Below, one piece after another: positions 40,686 to 50,603 of a stretch of DNA of 64,000 bases. A model generated the notes under the pieces. That model made no database searches. It saw nothing but the letters and a program-made list of their open reading frames with translations, and was not told where the DNA came from. Source of the DNA: Promethearchaeota archaeon (GTDB taxonomy: Archaea; Asgardarchaeota; Heimdallarchaeia; Hodarchaeales; Hodarchaeaceae). How positions within the stretch are numbered: position 1 is the first letter of the stretch; each line of letters opens with the position of its first letter. Made by a program: the position numbers and the translations under genes. The stretch covers positions 128,001-192,000 of the forward strand of contig JBHLMN010000002.1 in NCBI GenBank assembly GCA_048938105.1, read 5' to 3'.

Positions 40686-41909
40686 GTGGTTATGATGAAA
40701 AATGATTCGATTCTATCCAAATTATTAAAACAAGCAAGAAAGGAACTATATTCTTGGGCAACAAATGACCTAACCTGTCAATTGGCAAAAGAAGTTATGT
40801 CAATTGGACTAGCAAAAATAAAATTATTTTTTAAGGAGTTAGGTCTCGATTCAAGTGCGATTGTTGTATTTGGCCCTGATGGGAGTGTTACCAGAAATAA
40901 AGCCAGATTCAATGAGGGTGTTGGTTATGGATGCGTAGTCGCTACTAAAAATTATATTTTTCCTAGCTTACTCCACCCGAACGGTTGTGGTTTTGGATTA
41001 TACCAAATTGATAATATGCCATCATTACCTGAGTTGCTGAGAAAGTTAAATAAACTGAAGAAAGAAGGTGTGCCTATTGGGAATCAACAAGGGAAGTGGG
41101 ATGTCTGGAAATCAAACCACTTTATTGACATTCTCAGGTTGGATGGAGTAAGTCCAAATTATTCCCAATACGACGAATGGTTGTCTCAAGGCAATTATGT
41201 TCTTATACATTCATCTCAACAAGTTCAAACTGAACGTTTAAGGTGTTGGAATAAGGGCGAATTCACAACGGTTGATACTCCTCTTGGAATTATTGAAGGG
41301 CTTACTGATGAATCTTTAAAGGAGTATCTTAGATTCTTCCAGAGTGTAGAATCATATAGTAAAAAAAAGCGGGCCTCCATTGCAACTGAACTTTTTGGGG
41401 AGAACAATGTTAGCTGCATATCTAATCCTACTCATCAGGGATATTATCAAGAAAACGACTATTATGTTATGAGACTTGGCCTCTACAATTCCCTTGATCG
41501 AACTGGGGAGAAAAACATACCTATTTTTCCTTTAGCTTTTAATGGTTATTCCTTTATCTATCTTTATGAGGGCCTACCAAACATTAATGAACAACATTGG
41601 ACAAATAAACAGTATCAACAAGCTAAAAATATGAGACAAGTCGATTTCTTGAAGCAGGTAAACCTACTTCCACATGGTGGTGGTTATTCATTAAATTATC
41701 CTTTTTCTATAGTTCGATCAGTTGTATTCGATGGTATTATCTATTTTGAGTTATTTGACGCACCAATGGAAAGTAAACTACTAGTCCAAAATATCGAAGC
41801 ATTGGAATATGGTTATCGTGGTCCAACTGAAATCTTACCCTTAGTCGATCGTTTTGAGTTAGGAAAAAGAGTAGCTCGCTTTGTACCAACCCAGGTGATC
41901 AAATTTTAA
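40686..41909 (+). CDS. Divergent RtcB-like protein
   Basis: PD, NGCG, NHFID, IHS, THQG, PHGGG and C-terminal VARFVPTQVIK appear in the order of the RtcB metal/guanylation motifs. Confidence 0.7.
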   Translation: MVMMKNDSILSKLLKQARKELYSWATNDLTCQLAKEVMSIGLAKIKLFFKELGLDSSAIVVFGPDGSVTRNKARFNEGVGYGCVVATKNYIFPSLLHPNGCGFGLYQIDNMPSLPELLRKLNKLKKEGVPIGNQQGKWDVWKSNHFIDILRLDGVSPNYSQYDEWLSQGNYVLIHSSQQVQTERLRCWNKGEFTTVDTPLGIIEGLTDESLKEYLRFFQSVESYSKKKRASIATELFGENNVSCISNPTHQGYYQENDYYVMRLGLYNSLDRTGEKNIPIFPLAFNGYSFIYLYEGLPNINEQHWTNKQYQQAKNMRQVDFLKQVNLLPHGGGYSLNYPFSIVRSVVFDGIIYFELFDAPMESKLLVQNIEALEYGYRGPTEILPLVDRFELGKRVARFVPTQVIKF

Positions 41910-42109
41910 AATCTAGTTTCACTAAAAAGGCTCGAATCATACGGATAATATTTCTAATCACTAGGTACTATATTCATACAGTAAAAATTGATTTATATCA
42001 ACTTTATTCAAATTAAATTCATATTAATATGAAAAAGAAGTCACTACATTGAATTATATATGAGTCTTTTAGCAGCCTTTTTAACCAACAATGCTAGAGA
42101 TTACTTGCA

Positions 42110-43024
42110 ATGGAGGAAAAAACACCAAAAGTAAATCCTCGAAAAAAACTCCTCGGGGATCGCGAGGATTTATCTTTTCCTGGGCGAAAATCATTATTAG
42201 AAAATATTCAACGACGCTTCGCTGTAAAGGGAGATGTTTGGATTCATCATGCTTATAACGTCCCAGAAGAAGATCCTCTTGTCATCGATAGCGAAACAAA
42301 GAACATTCAATACCAAGATAAGATAATAGTACCAGCTATCATTCATACTCTCGTGGATAAGGTGGGAGGAATGAGAACTACAAGTATTGCAGCAATAAGT
42401 AGAATGAAAAGCCCTGAGTTACTCCTTTTACAAGATCCAGCTAGTATGAATTTGGCAGTAATCTATAAAGAGAAGCTCTGGATAACTGAAATTCTATTAA
42501 AGGAGGCTGATTTTCTTTATCCTTTTCCTGTTGAGCGAACCCATGCTTTAACAGACAATGATCGAACATTAGTTGATGTGGTACAAGAAGATATCTCAAT
42601 TGAGATCAATGGACATCGTACTAAAGGGGGTATTGTTCAGGAAAAGACCTTTATGCCCCTTGATTCTTATTACCACCCAATCTTGGGAGGCAAGGATCCT
42701 GCAGCTCGGTTTAAGGCAACACTTCCAAGACTTCCTGATGCAGCGGAACTTATCCTTATGATTTCTGATGCAATTTCGAGTTCAGCAAAGATGTATTTAG
42801 GTACTGTGAATGTGCGACTTGATGAAGATCGCTTCGCATTAGAATATCCGCAGGATGTTAATGTGGCAGGTTTGAAAATATATAGAAAATATTTAGATGT
42901 AATAGAAATCCGATCTCCTTCGAATCCCCCTAATATAGAACTCCAACATGTTAGTTTTCGAGTTTTTCGCACGGAAATATCTCGTTCAATGAAAAGCCTC
43001 ATAAAAATGCTTCATATAAACTAG
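42110..43024 (+). CDS. Hypothetical protein
   Basis: 304-aa ORF with ATG start; no recognised motif. Confidence 0.65.
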   Translation: MEEKTPKVNPRKKLLGDREDLSFPGRKSLLENIQRRFAVKGDVWIHHAYNVPEEDPLVIDSETKNIQYQDKIIVPAIIHTLVDKVGGMRTTSIAAISRMKSPELLLLQDPASMNLAVIYKEKLWITEILLKEADFLYPFPVERTHALTDNDRTLVDVVQEDISIEINGHRTKGGIVQEKTFMPLDSYYHPILGGKDPAARFKATLPRLPDAAELILMISDAISSSAKMYLGTVNVRLDEDRFALEYPQDVNVAGLKIYRKYLDVIEIRSPSNPPNIELQHVSFRVFRTEISRSMKSLIKMLHIN

Positions 43025-43041
43025 CACAAGGTTAAATCAAG

Positions 43042-43536
43042 CTATTCATTTTCTTCGCCATATTCCAATACTAGCTTTTTTGCTTCCTCAAGCCAAATAC
43101 GTGTAAGTTGAAGTTCTTCTAACTCTTTCTGTTTTTTAATCAATAATGGTTTTCTCGTATCGTACTCTGCTCTGTTAATTCGTCCTAAGACAAAGTCTCG
43201 TTCAAGTTGTTCGATTTCGGCTGTAACAATACCATCCATAGATTGGAAAAATGTAATAATAGAGGTGTTTATGATCTCAATCAATTCGATACCTGGATCA
43301 GATAAATAATAAACGTAGTGCGGTTTCGGAAATGGTTCAACAGATCGTTCGCAAAAATAATTTGAGAGAAGCAGTTTTAAGTGTTTTTCAACTGCGGGTC
43401 TTGAGATACCTAATTTTTTGGCGAGTTTTTGAGGATTTTGGGGGTTTGAAGAAAGTAATTTGAGTATTTTTTGCCTTGTGGGGTCGGCAAGAATCTTGAG
43501 AAGAGATTCTATTCTCTGCTGCAGCGCCTCGCTCAT
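43042..43536 (-). CDS. ArsR-family winged-HTH regulator with C-terminal SHOCT-like motif
   Basis: LADPTRQKILKLL..LAKKLGISRPAVEKHL; GRINRAEYDTRK. Confidence 0.85.
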   Translation of the reverse strand: MSEALQQRIESLLKILADPTRQKILKLLSSNPQNPQKLAKKLGISRPAVEKHLKLLLSNYFCERSVEPFPKPHYVYYLSDPGIELIEIINTSIITFFQSMDGIVTAEIEQLERDFVLGRINRAEYDTRKPLLIKKQKELEELQLTRIWLEEAKKLVLEYGEENE

Positions 43537-43680
43537 TTGTTTATCCTCACAAGGTTTTTATATATCCCTAATGTCATTTACTACTGATTTTAAGAGTACT
43601 TTTAAAAAAACACTGATTATGGCATCGAATTGCTAGAAAATATTATTCTTACTATGTTTAAACCCTCTGGTTAATTATAA

Positions 43681-43694
43681 TAACTCGGTAGTTA
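43681..43694. promoter_or_regulatory. Candidate operator palindrome between the divergent genes
   Basis: TAACT-CGGT-AGTTA inverted repeat. Confidence 0.3.
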
Positions 43695-43806
43695 CGTTCT
43701 TAAACCTTGGTTTTTAGAATATTATTTAACTAGTCGCAGATCTGATTCATTTAGAATTTGATTATTATAAAAATTTCTCAATAAAATTCAAGAATCCTGT
43801 AAAAAA

Positions 43807-44652
43807 GTGGTATTAATGTCTAATAGAGAGATAAAAGACCTAAAAATCTTGATAAGATCATTGGATATTCGTCTTAAGAATGAGGAGATTTCTCAAGAGG
43901 AATATGACAATTTGAAAGCAAAATATGAAGCTCAATTGAACGAAGAGATCAATCTTGCCAAAGAAAAGAGTTTTCTAAGGAACTTGTCCTACATCAGTAT
44001 CTCTGGCTCTGGAAAGGTAACCGATTCACATATCAAAATCTCTGGCTCAGGACGAATTGATGGTTGGAGGGGAGGATCTATTTCCATTGCTGGTTCCGGA
44101 AAAATTTCTGATGATGAGATTAAGGTCAGTGGATCTGCATCGTTGCCAGGAGATTTGGAAACACACACTTTAAAGGCTTCAGGTTCAATTAAGGCTGATG
44201 GTCCTCTTGAAACTACCATTTTTATTAGTTCAGGATCATGTGAGATTGGTGGTTATTTAGTTGCACACGAAAAATTAACTATCTCAGGGTCAGGTGAGAT
44301 TGAAGGAGACATCAATGGAGGTCATGTTATATCAAGTGGGTCGTTAAAAGTAGCAGGTACAATCTTATGCGTCACTGCTGAGCTTAATGGATCATATAAT
44401 ATTAAAAATAATGTGGAATGCCAAGAATCATTTTCTTCTGAGTTGAACTCTAAGTGTACCATTGGAGGGGATTTACTTTGCAATGGAGACGTTCAAATTG
44501 AGCAAGGTAGTGGTCGTGGTCAGCTCCAAGTTGAACAGATTCTTGCCGAAGGTGATGTTTACCTTGAAGGGGTTATTACTCATTATGTTAGTGGCAAGAC
44601 AGTTAAGCTTGGCCCTAACTGCAAAGTTGAAAAAGTTGAAGAAAAAAGCTAA
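43807..44652 (+). CDS. Bactofilin-like polymer-forming beta-helix protein with N-terminal SHOCT-like motif
   Basis: Repeated ISGSG.I.G beta-helix units ending GKTVKLGPNCKVEKVE; N-terminal EEISQEEYDNLKAKY. Confidence 0.75.
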   Translation: MVLMSNREIKDLKILIRSLDIRLKNEEISQEEYDNLKAKYEAQLNEEINLAKEKSFLRNLSYISISGSGKVTDSHIKISGSGRIDGWRGGSISIAGSGKISDDEIKVSGSASLPGDLETHTLKASGSIKADGPLETTIFISSGSCEIGGYLVAHEKLTISGSGEIEGDINGGHVISSGSLKVAGTILCVTAELNGSYNIKNNVECQESFSSELNSKCTIGGDLLCNGDVQIEQGSGRGQLQVEQILAEGDVYLEGVITHYVSGKTVKLGPNCKVEKVEEKS

Positions 44653-44676
44653 ATTAGATGCTTAGAAATAAGCTGA

Positions 44677-45498
44677 ATGGTCAATCCATTGAGCTCAAAC
44701 TACCCTTTTTCATCTAATCAATCCACTCCCTTTATTTTATGGTGTTACACTGGTGGGGGTCATTTTTTTGAAGAAATCTTTGAACAAATTAGGAAAGTGA
44801 ATCACGAATCTATTTCTATCACTTTTGTTTTTTCCAACGCTGGAGCTCTCGTAGCAAATAGATACGGATTTTTCTGGAATTTAATACATTCAGACGTGAG
44901 AAAAGAATATCTTCATTTTATTTTTGAGAACAGTGTGGCAAAATATAATATCGAAAATATGCTTAAAAAAGCTGATTTTTCTTATTCAATAATTTCAAAA
45001 GATCCTAGTTTTTCAGTTGCGGTGAGTCTTGCCAACAGCGGGACCAAATGCATCATTGCATGTCCTTTGACCGCTAATACGGCAGCAAAATTAGCCTTGG
45101 GGATAACAGATTCCTTCATCTCCAATTTAGTGTCTAGTGGGTTAAAATCAGGAAAAAGAGTGGGAATTTTGCCGACAGATGTTATACCACAGAAAATTAA
45201 GACAAAATTGCCAGTACGGATAATTAAGTCAGTTTCTTCTAATCACATTAATGTTTCTGTATGTAAATTCAACGCCATAAAAGAACTAGACAATAAAAGG
45301 ATCCAATTTCACCCTCAATTTTGCGTGGGTTGTCAGGAATGTGTGAAAAAATATCCTGATGTGTTTTCTTACGGAGATGAGATTGAAGTAATGATCCGTG
45401 ATATTGACTCGAGGAATATTCAGAATTTAAGCTCGGAGCTAACTGTTCTGCAGAAACCTAGAGAGATATATCCTTTTATAAAGCAATTCTTCAAATAA
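44677..45498 (+). CDS. Archaeoflavoprotein / dihydromethanopterin reductase (DmrX)-like flavoprotein
   Basis: W.YTGGG, PLTANTAAK..LGITD.FISN and LPTD flavoprotein motifs; partial ferredoxin motif CVGCQEC. Confidence 0.75.
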   Translation: MVNPLSSNYPFSSNQSTPFILWCYTGGGHFFEEIFEQIRKVNHESISITFVFSNAGALVANRYGFFWNLIHSDVRKEYLHFIFENSVAKYNIENMLKKADFSYSIISKDPSFSVAVSLANSGTKCIIACPLTANTAAKLALGITDSFISNLVSSGLKSGKRVGILPTDVIPQKIKTKLPVRIIKSVSSNHINVSVCKFNAIKELDNKRIQFHPQFCVGCQECVKKYPDVFSYGDEIEVMIRDIDSRNIQNLSSELTVLQKPREIYPFIKQFFK

Positions 45499-45515
45499 AA
45501 TGAGAGTGTTATCTA

Positions 45516-46070
45516 TTATCTCGATGTTTGAGCTTTGTATGTTTCAATATATCCTTTGATTGTACGACCTAATTGTGTGAAAGCTTCCGTTACGTTTAAA
45601 CCAGACTTAGCTGATGTATTGAGATAAGAAATCTCAAAAGAAACATCAGATATTTCTTTCTGTGATTTTTCAACAAAACTTGTTAATTCTTCCTGATTTA
45701 TTGCATTGGATAAATCACTTTTGTTTCCTAAGATTATATAAGGAATCTCACGGCCTACATTTGTAAAAAGTTCCCTTTTCCAGTTTACGAGATTATAAAG
45801 AGATTCAGGTCGAGTTCGATCAAAAACTAATATTGCTCCATGTGATCCTTTATAATAGAGAGCTCTCACAGCTTCAAATCGTTGTTGTCCAGCTAAATCC
45901 CAAATTTGGAATTTATATTGCATCCCATCGATTTCGAGGTTTTGGACGGCGAAATCAGCTCCAATCGTTAAAATATAGCCACTTTGGAATCCTTTTCCTA
46001 GAAAGCGTTCTCTTAATGACGTTTTACCGACCCCCCCATCTCCCAACAGACAAATCTTATATAGAGGCAC
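45516..46070 (-). CDS. Rab-like small GTPase
   Basis: GDGGVGKT, TIGADF, WDLAGQ, NKSD and SAK motifs. Confidence 0.93.
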   Translation of the reverse strand: MPLYKICLLGDGGVGKTSLRERFLGKGFQSGYILTIGADFAVQNLEIDGMQYKFQIWDLAGQQRFEAVRALYYKGSHGAILVFDRTRPESLYNLVNWKRELFTNVGREIPYIILGNKSDLSNAINQEELTSFVEKSQKEISDVSFEISYLNTSAKSGLNVTEAFTQLGRTIKGYIETYKAQTSR

Positions 46071-46350
46071 ATTGTTACCCTCAGGTGAAGAAAATGTTGT
46101 CTAAATTATTTTAAGCGTTGAATAATTAGGCATCGTCGATTATTTAGATTAGTAAATCCATGTATTGGGGTTTAATCTTGTATGTTAAATAAAAGAGGTT
46201 AATGTATAATAATATTATTCAATAGTAGTAATTGATTTATTGTCCATCTTCTTGCCCAAAATAAAAAAGAATCACTTTTTTTATTTTTATTATTTTAGAA
46301 GGAAGAGTTAAGATCGAGTAATGATTAAGAGGATTAAAAGGAGTTATTGA

Positions 46351-47826
46351 TTACAGGGTGAATTTTTTTATCATGTCTAGCTTCAAGTTGTATAATTTTT
46401 CTGTTAAACTAACTTTATAGACGTGGGGATTCAATAATCGTTTGAATGTTGAATCTAAACAACGTAATTGTTTCTTACAATAGTCTTGAGCCACTCTCCA
46501 ACTGCCATAATTTTCGTTTGTTTTAATTCTACCATTTTTCAACAAAATTTCATGTAGAGGTTCAACTCGAATCTCTTCGGGTAATTGATATTTTTTTAAA
46601 TGTTCAATTGGATGATGAACCCAATCAGCAGAACGAGGTTTGGTCTCATTATAAAGGCCGATCACGTCAACTAAAAATTTACCAGTATTATCACTAATTC
46701 TCCAAATTTTTTTAATCCCAGGGTTTATGGTTTTTGTTACATTTTCACTCACTTTAATTCTAGGTTCCTTATTTAACGCAACTAGTTTATAAACTCCTCC
46801 TAACGCGCTCTGATGTCCCCCAGTAATTAATTTTGTCCCCACACCATATGTGAGGTGTGAAATCGTTTCTGTGCAAATCATCTTTTCTTCTTCATTTTTA
46901 TTACCTCTCTCTTTGATTTGATGAACAATTGAATCAATTGTATACTCATCAAGTTCATTGGAAAGGACGATGCTAACATTGGGGAATCCTGCTTTTGTAA
47001 ACTCGCGATAGACTTCAACAGAAAGATATGCTAAGTCACCTGAATCGATTCTAATACCTAATATTTTCTTACCACTTTTTTGTAGTAATTCAGCGACTTT
47101 AATAGCATTAGGAAGGCCCGATTTCAACACATCATAAGTATCAATTAAAAGTAGGCATTTATTTGGGAAAACCTCTGCATAAGACTTAAAGGACTCCAAT
47201 TCAGTGCTGAATGCTTGAACCCATGAATGAGCTTGGGTTCCTATTATTGGACAGTCCCAAATTTTCCCTCCCTGTACAAATGATGTTCCAACGCATCCAC
47301 CAATTAATGATGCACGAACACCGATAAAAGCACTATCTCCTTGGGCTCTTCTTAATCCAAATTCAATGATTTTTCCTCCCCTTGCTGCATTAACTATTCG
47401 GGCTGCTTTTGTAGCGATCAACGTTGAATAATTAATAATATTGAGTAATGCAGTTTCTACCAACTGTGTTTCGATTATTGGGCCTGTGACAGATATTATT
47501 GGAGTATAAGGAAATATTATTGAACCTTCCTTCACTCCCTCAACTTTTCCTGTGAACCGAAGTTCTAATAAATACTCCAAAAACTCTTCTGTAAACATTT
47601 TCTGTTCTCTTAAATAGTTAATATCACTTTCTGAGAATTTAAAGTTGGAGAGATATTCTAGGGCAAGAGGAATACCACATGCAACAGTATAACCTCCGTT
47701 AAAAGCATTTGACCTAAAAAAAAGGTCAAAAGTTGCGTTTTTTTTGATATTCAAATCGTAATACCCTTGACTCATTGTCAATTCATATAAATCTGTAAAT
47801 AAAGCCCGATCTTTTTCGTAGAACAT
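46351..47826 (-). CDS. pncB: Nicotinate phosphoribosyltransferase
   Basis: TDLYELTM, EFGLRRAQ, GTQAHS, LIDTYD, RIDSGD and GVYKL motifs. Confidence 0.95.
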   Translation of the reverse strand: MFYEKDRALFTDLYELTMSQGYYDLNIKKNATFDLFFRSNAFNGGYTVACGIPLALEYLSNFKFSESDINYLREQKMFTEEFLEYLLELRFTGKVEGVKEGSIIFPYTPIISVTGPIIETQLVETALLNIINYSTLIATKAARIVNAARGGKIIEFGLRRAQGDSAFIGVRASLIGGCVGTSFVQGGKIWDCPIIGTQAHSWVQAFSTELESFKSYAEVFPNKCLLLIDTYDVLKSGLPNAIKVAELLQKSGKKILGIRIDSGDLAYLSVEVYREFTKAGFPNVSIVLSNELDEYTIDSIVHQIKERGNKNEEEKMICTETISHLTYGVGTKLITGGHQSALGGVYKLVALNKEPRIKVSENVTKTINPGIKKIWRISDNTGKFLVDVIGLYNETKPRSADWVHHPIEHLKKYQLPEEIRVEPLHEILLKNGRIKTNENYGSWRVAQDYCKKQLRCLDSTFKRLLNPHVYKVSLTEKLYNLKLDMIKKFTL

Positions 47827-48015
47827 CTATTATCATCACTAGACTAAGCAAAATATTGATTTTTTAATTTTCCATTATCAATAAATAAAAATCAAAAATG
47901 TGATAGAAAGATGGTAAAATTATAAAGTTTATTATTACAGAAATCATTTGAACTGTTAGAGTATAAAGTGTCATAATCCATCTGAATGTATAAAATAGAA
48001 TGATTCCATATAAAG

Positions 48016-48705
48016 GTGAGACCCAGAATGCAGATTGAAGGTGTTGAACTAGCTGGTTTTATTATGATCACAAGTAAAGACGCTTTACTTGTGATTGATA
48101 TGCAGAATGATTTTGTACCAGGTGGAGCATTACCTGTGGCTGATGGTAATCAAATCATTCCTGGTATTAATATTTTAACAGATAAATTTCATCAAACTGA
48201 AAATCCAATAATTTTCACCCAAGATTGGCATCCTGTAAATCATCACTCCTTTGCTAGTGCTCATCCTGGGAAAAAACCTTATGATCCTTTAGAAGCGCCT
48301 GGTATAGGACCAATATTATGGCCAGATCATTGTGTTCAAGGGACTCATGGAGCCAATTTTGTCCCAGGATTACAGGCTGTCAATGCAACTCTAATTTTAC
48401 GAAAAGGTTTCCATAAAACTATTGATTCCTATTCTGCTTTTTTAGAAAATGATAAAACTACTGAGACAGGTTTATCTACTTTTTTACACACTTTAGGTAT
48501 TGAACGGATTGTTTTATGTGGATTAGCATTAGATTATTGTGTCTATTTTACAGCTCTTGATGCAAAAAATTATGGATTTGAAGTTATAGTTATTATTGAT
48601 CTAACAAAGGCTGTAAATGCACCTGAGGACAGTGTATCAAATGCTTTCGAAAATATGACAAAAAAAGGCATAATCTTTACTACTTCAGATAAAATTCTTA
48701 GTTGA
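48016..48705 (+). CDS. pncA: Nicotinamidase/pyrazinamidase
   Basis: IDMQNDF, QDWHP, WPDHCVQGT, SYSAF and GLALDYCV motifs; probable start at 48064; divergent from pncB. Confidence 0.95.
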   Translation: MRPRMQIEGVELAGFIMITSKDALLVIDMQNDFVPGGALPVADGNQIIPGINILTDKFHQTENPIIFTQDWHPVNHHSFASAHPGKKPYDPLEAPGIGPILWPDHCVQGTHGANFVPGLQAVNATLILRKGFHKTIDSYSAFLENDKTTETGLSTFLHTLGIERIVLCGLALDYCVYFTALDAKNYGFEVIVIIDLTKAVNAPEDSVSNAFENMTKKGIIFTTSDKILS

Positions 48706-49296
48706 AGAGCGGATGTGCTTCTGAACTAAGTAGATTAAGAGAATAATAGCTACTGAGATAGTAATTCCTAATGTTCCATACTCTCCTGTACCCAGTTCGA
48801 TATAGAAATTATGTCCTATTAACAAAATTCCCCATGAAATCGATAGGACAATCCATGCGAGAACAAAAGTAGAACCAAACTGGCTTTGAAAAGTTTTCAG
48901 AAGCTTTTGTCGTTCCATACTATTGGAGGGATAATTTGCGTATTCTTGATTGAGTTGGTGATATTTATATGAAATAAACCAGATTTCATAGAACATCCAT
49001 GATAGTATAACACCAAGAGTAAGTAAGTATGGGTTTTCAATCCAAAAGAAAATTCCACAAGAGAAAAAAACAGTAACAAAAGGTCTAAATCCTAATCTTA
49101 AGGTTAAAATCCCAAAGATTGCTATTAATCCAAGAATTGTTAGTAAAACAGTTGAAACAAAGAATAACATATAATAAATGGATAGATTGGAGAAAAATAA
49201 TATGAAAATAAACCAAAAAATTGGGATAAATGAGAAAATGAGAAAGCCTAGTGTCAGAGTAATTTGAAGACTCCAAATAATCTGCTGCATTTTCAT
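48685..49296 (-). CDS. Membrane protein of the MoxR operon
   Basis: Multiple TM helices; ATGA overlap with the DUF58 gene. Confidence 0.7.
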   Translation of the reverse strand: MKMQQIIWSLQITLTLGFLIFSFIPIFWFIFILFFSNLSIYYMLFFVSTVLLTILGLIAIFGILTLRLGFRPFVTVFFSCGIFFWIENPYLLTLGVILSWMFYEIWFISYKYHQLNQEYANYPSNSMERQKLLKTFQSQFGSTFVLAWIVLSISWGILLIGHNFYIELGTGEYGTLGITISVAIILLIYLVQKHIRSSTKNFI

Positions 49297-50558
49297 TTTA
49301 TACGTCTCATCTTGATTGATTCATATTTGGGGCCCTGGGGGTACCAATGAATTTGCGTAATTCCCCATTGAGCTATCTTTTTTAATGTAATCCCTTGATC
49401 GAGAGATAAGAGAGCATTTGCAATCTGGGATAGATGTGAAGAATCGGGTTCTCCTTCATCCTCACTTTCAAGCCGAGGTAGAATTAATATAATTTCATAA
49501 TTTCTTTTAACTAATTCATGTAAAAATTCTACAATAATGCGATTATAAAGCGGACTAATGAAAAAAACTTGAGAAAAAGGCGGTAATGTAGGTAGGAGTC
49601 TTTTAGTTAAGCGTAGATATAGTGTTTCCTCATAAGGAGGATATGATCCCTCAACATCGATAAGAAACTCGTTAATTCTGAGAAGCTGGCGTTTACCTGG
49701 TGCTACAGGAATCTCATGGATGAATTCTCCAACACCAATAAATCCAATTTTATTCCGTTGGGAAATAAGGTACTCTGCTGTGGCTAAAGCAGCTTTTACA
49801 CCTTCTTCGAGTACACGAATTGTTGACTCAGTATGATCTAAAATTACATACACACAGGCTGATTGATCTAGAGCATATTCATTAGTTGCTAGTCTGTTAA
49901 ATTTGGCTGTAACTCTCCAATTTATAGCTTTAACTTCGTCACCCTCTTGGTAATCGCGCACTCCCTGAAAATCAAAGTCTCGGCCTTTGTAGATTAGACT
50001 AGGGATGTAACCTGTTTCTGGTAACAAACGATGACGATAAATAGGTAAATATTTCAATTTGATCAGGGCTGGGACCACATCAAATGAGTTAAAGACTGGA
50101 TATTCATTCGATTCAGAATGAAAATGGAAGAAGTCAGATCCAGTTAATTGCACCGACCCAAGATTGTAACGCCCTCGGTGATGACCTTGAATTGCGTAAG
50201 ATAATGTCATTTTTTCTCCCTCATTAAACTCTAGGAGCCAATGATTCGACCCCTCATTTATTGTACACTCCTCGGGTATTAAATCAAGTATTTCAAGGAT
50301 AGGTATTCGCTTTCCTTTGTTTTCAACGGTTAATTTTACATAAATAAGCTCACCTTTTTCCTCGGTTTTGTTTCGGGAGATCGATCGGGTTATAACAAGA
50401 TTCTTTAGGTCAATTTCTTCGGGAGTGAGCGAAAAAAAGAAAATAATTAGAATTGGAAGGATTATTGCGGCAACCAGCCAATACTGAAATATAATAGCTA
50501 ATATTAAGAGTATAAATGTTAAATTTAGAAGAACTTGAAATTTATACTTATATTTCAG
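49293..50558 (-). CDS. DUF58 domain protein (MoxR partner), probable CTG start
   Basis: DF.GVRDYQ.GD..K.INWR.TA motif; frame open 116 codons upstream of ATG 50210, encoding TM helices and an Ig-like segment; GGAGG 7 nt before CTG at 50558. Confidence 0.85.
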   Translation of the reverse strand: MKYKYKFQVLLNLTFILLILAIIFQYWLVAAIILPILIIFFFSLTPEEIDLKNLVITRSISRNKTEEKGELIYVKLTVENKGKRIPILEILDLIPEECTINEGSNHWLLEFNEGEKMTLSYAIQGHHRGRYNLGSVQLTGSDFFHFHSESNEYPVFNSFDVVPALIKLKYLPIYRHRLLPETGYIPSLIYKGRDFDFQGVRDYQEGDEVKAINWRVTAKFNRLATNEYALDQSACVYVILDHTESTIRVLEEGVKAALATAEYLISQRNKIGFIGVGEFIHEIPVAPGKRQLLRINEFLIDVEGSYPPYEETLYLRLTKRLLPTLPPFSQVFFISPLYNRIIVEFLHELVKRNYEIILILPRLESEDEGEPDSSHLSQIANALLSLDQGITLKKIAQWGITQIHWYPQGPKYESIKMRRIK

Positions 50559-50603
50559 AAAAAATCCTCCAGAGATGGGATGTTATGATCTAATTGTTTG
50601 TTC

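Noticed and set aside
7048-41909. A unified proto-UPR system (S1P-like proteases + membrane HEPN + RtcB-like ligase)
   Set aside because: The analogy to ATF6/IRE1/RtcB is attractive, but the genes are scattered over 35 kb among unrelated genes and the HEPN protein has no kinase domain; the sequence shows no linkage
47827-48063. NrtR-type operator between pncB and pncA
   Set aside because: No clear palindrome distinguishable from the AT-rich background
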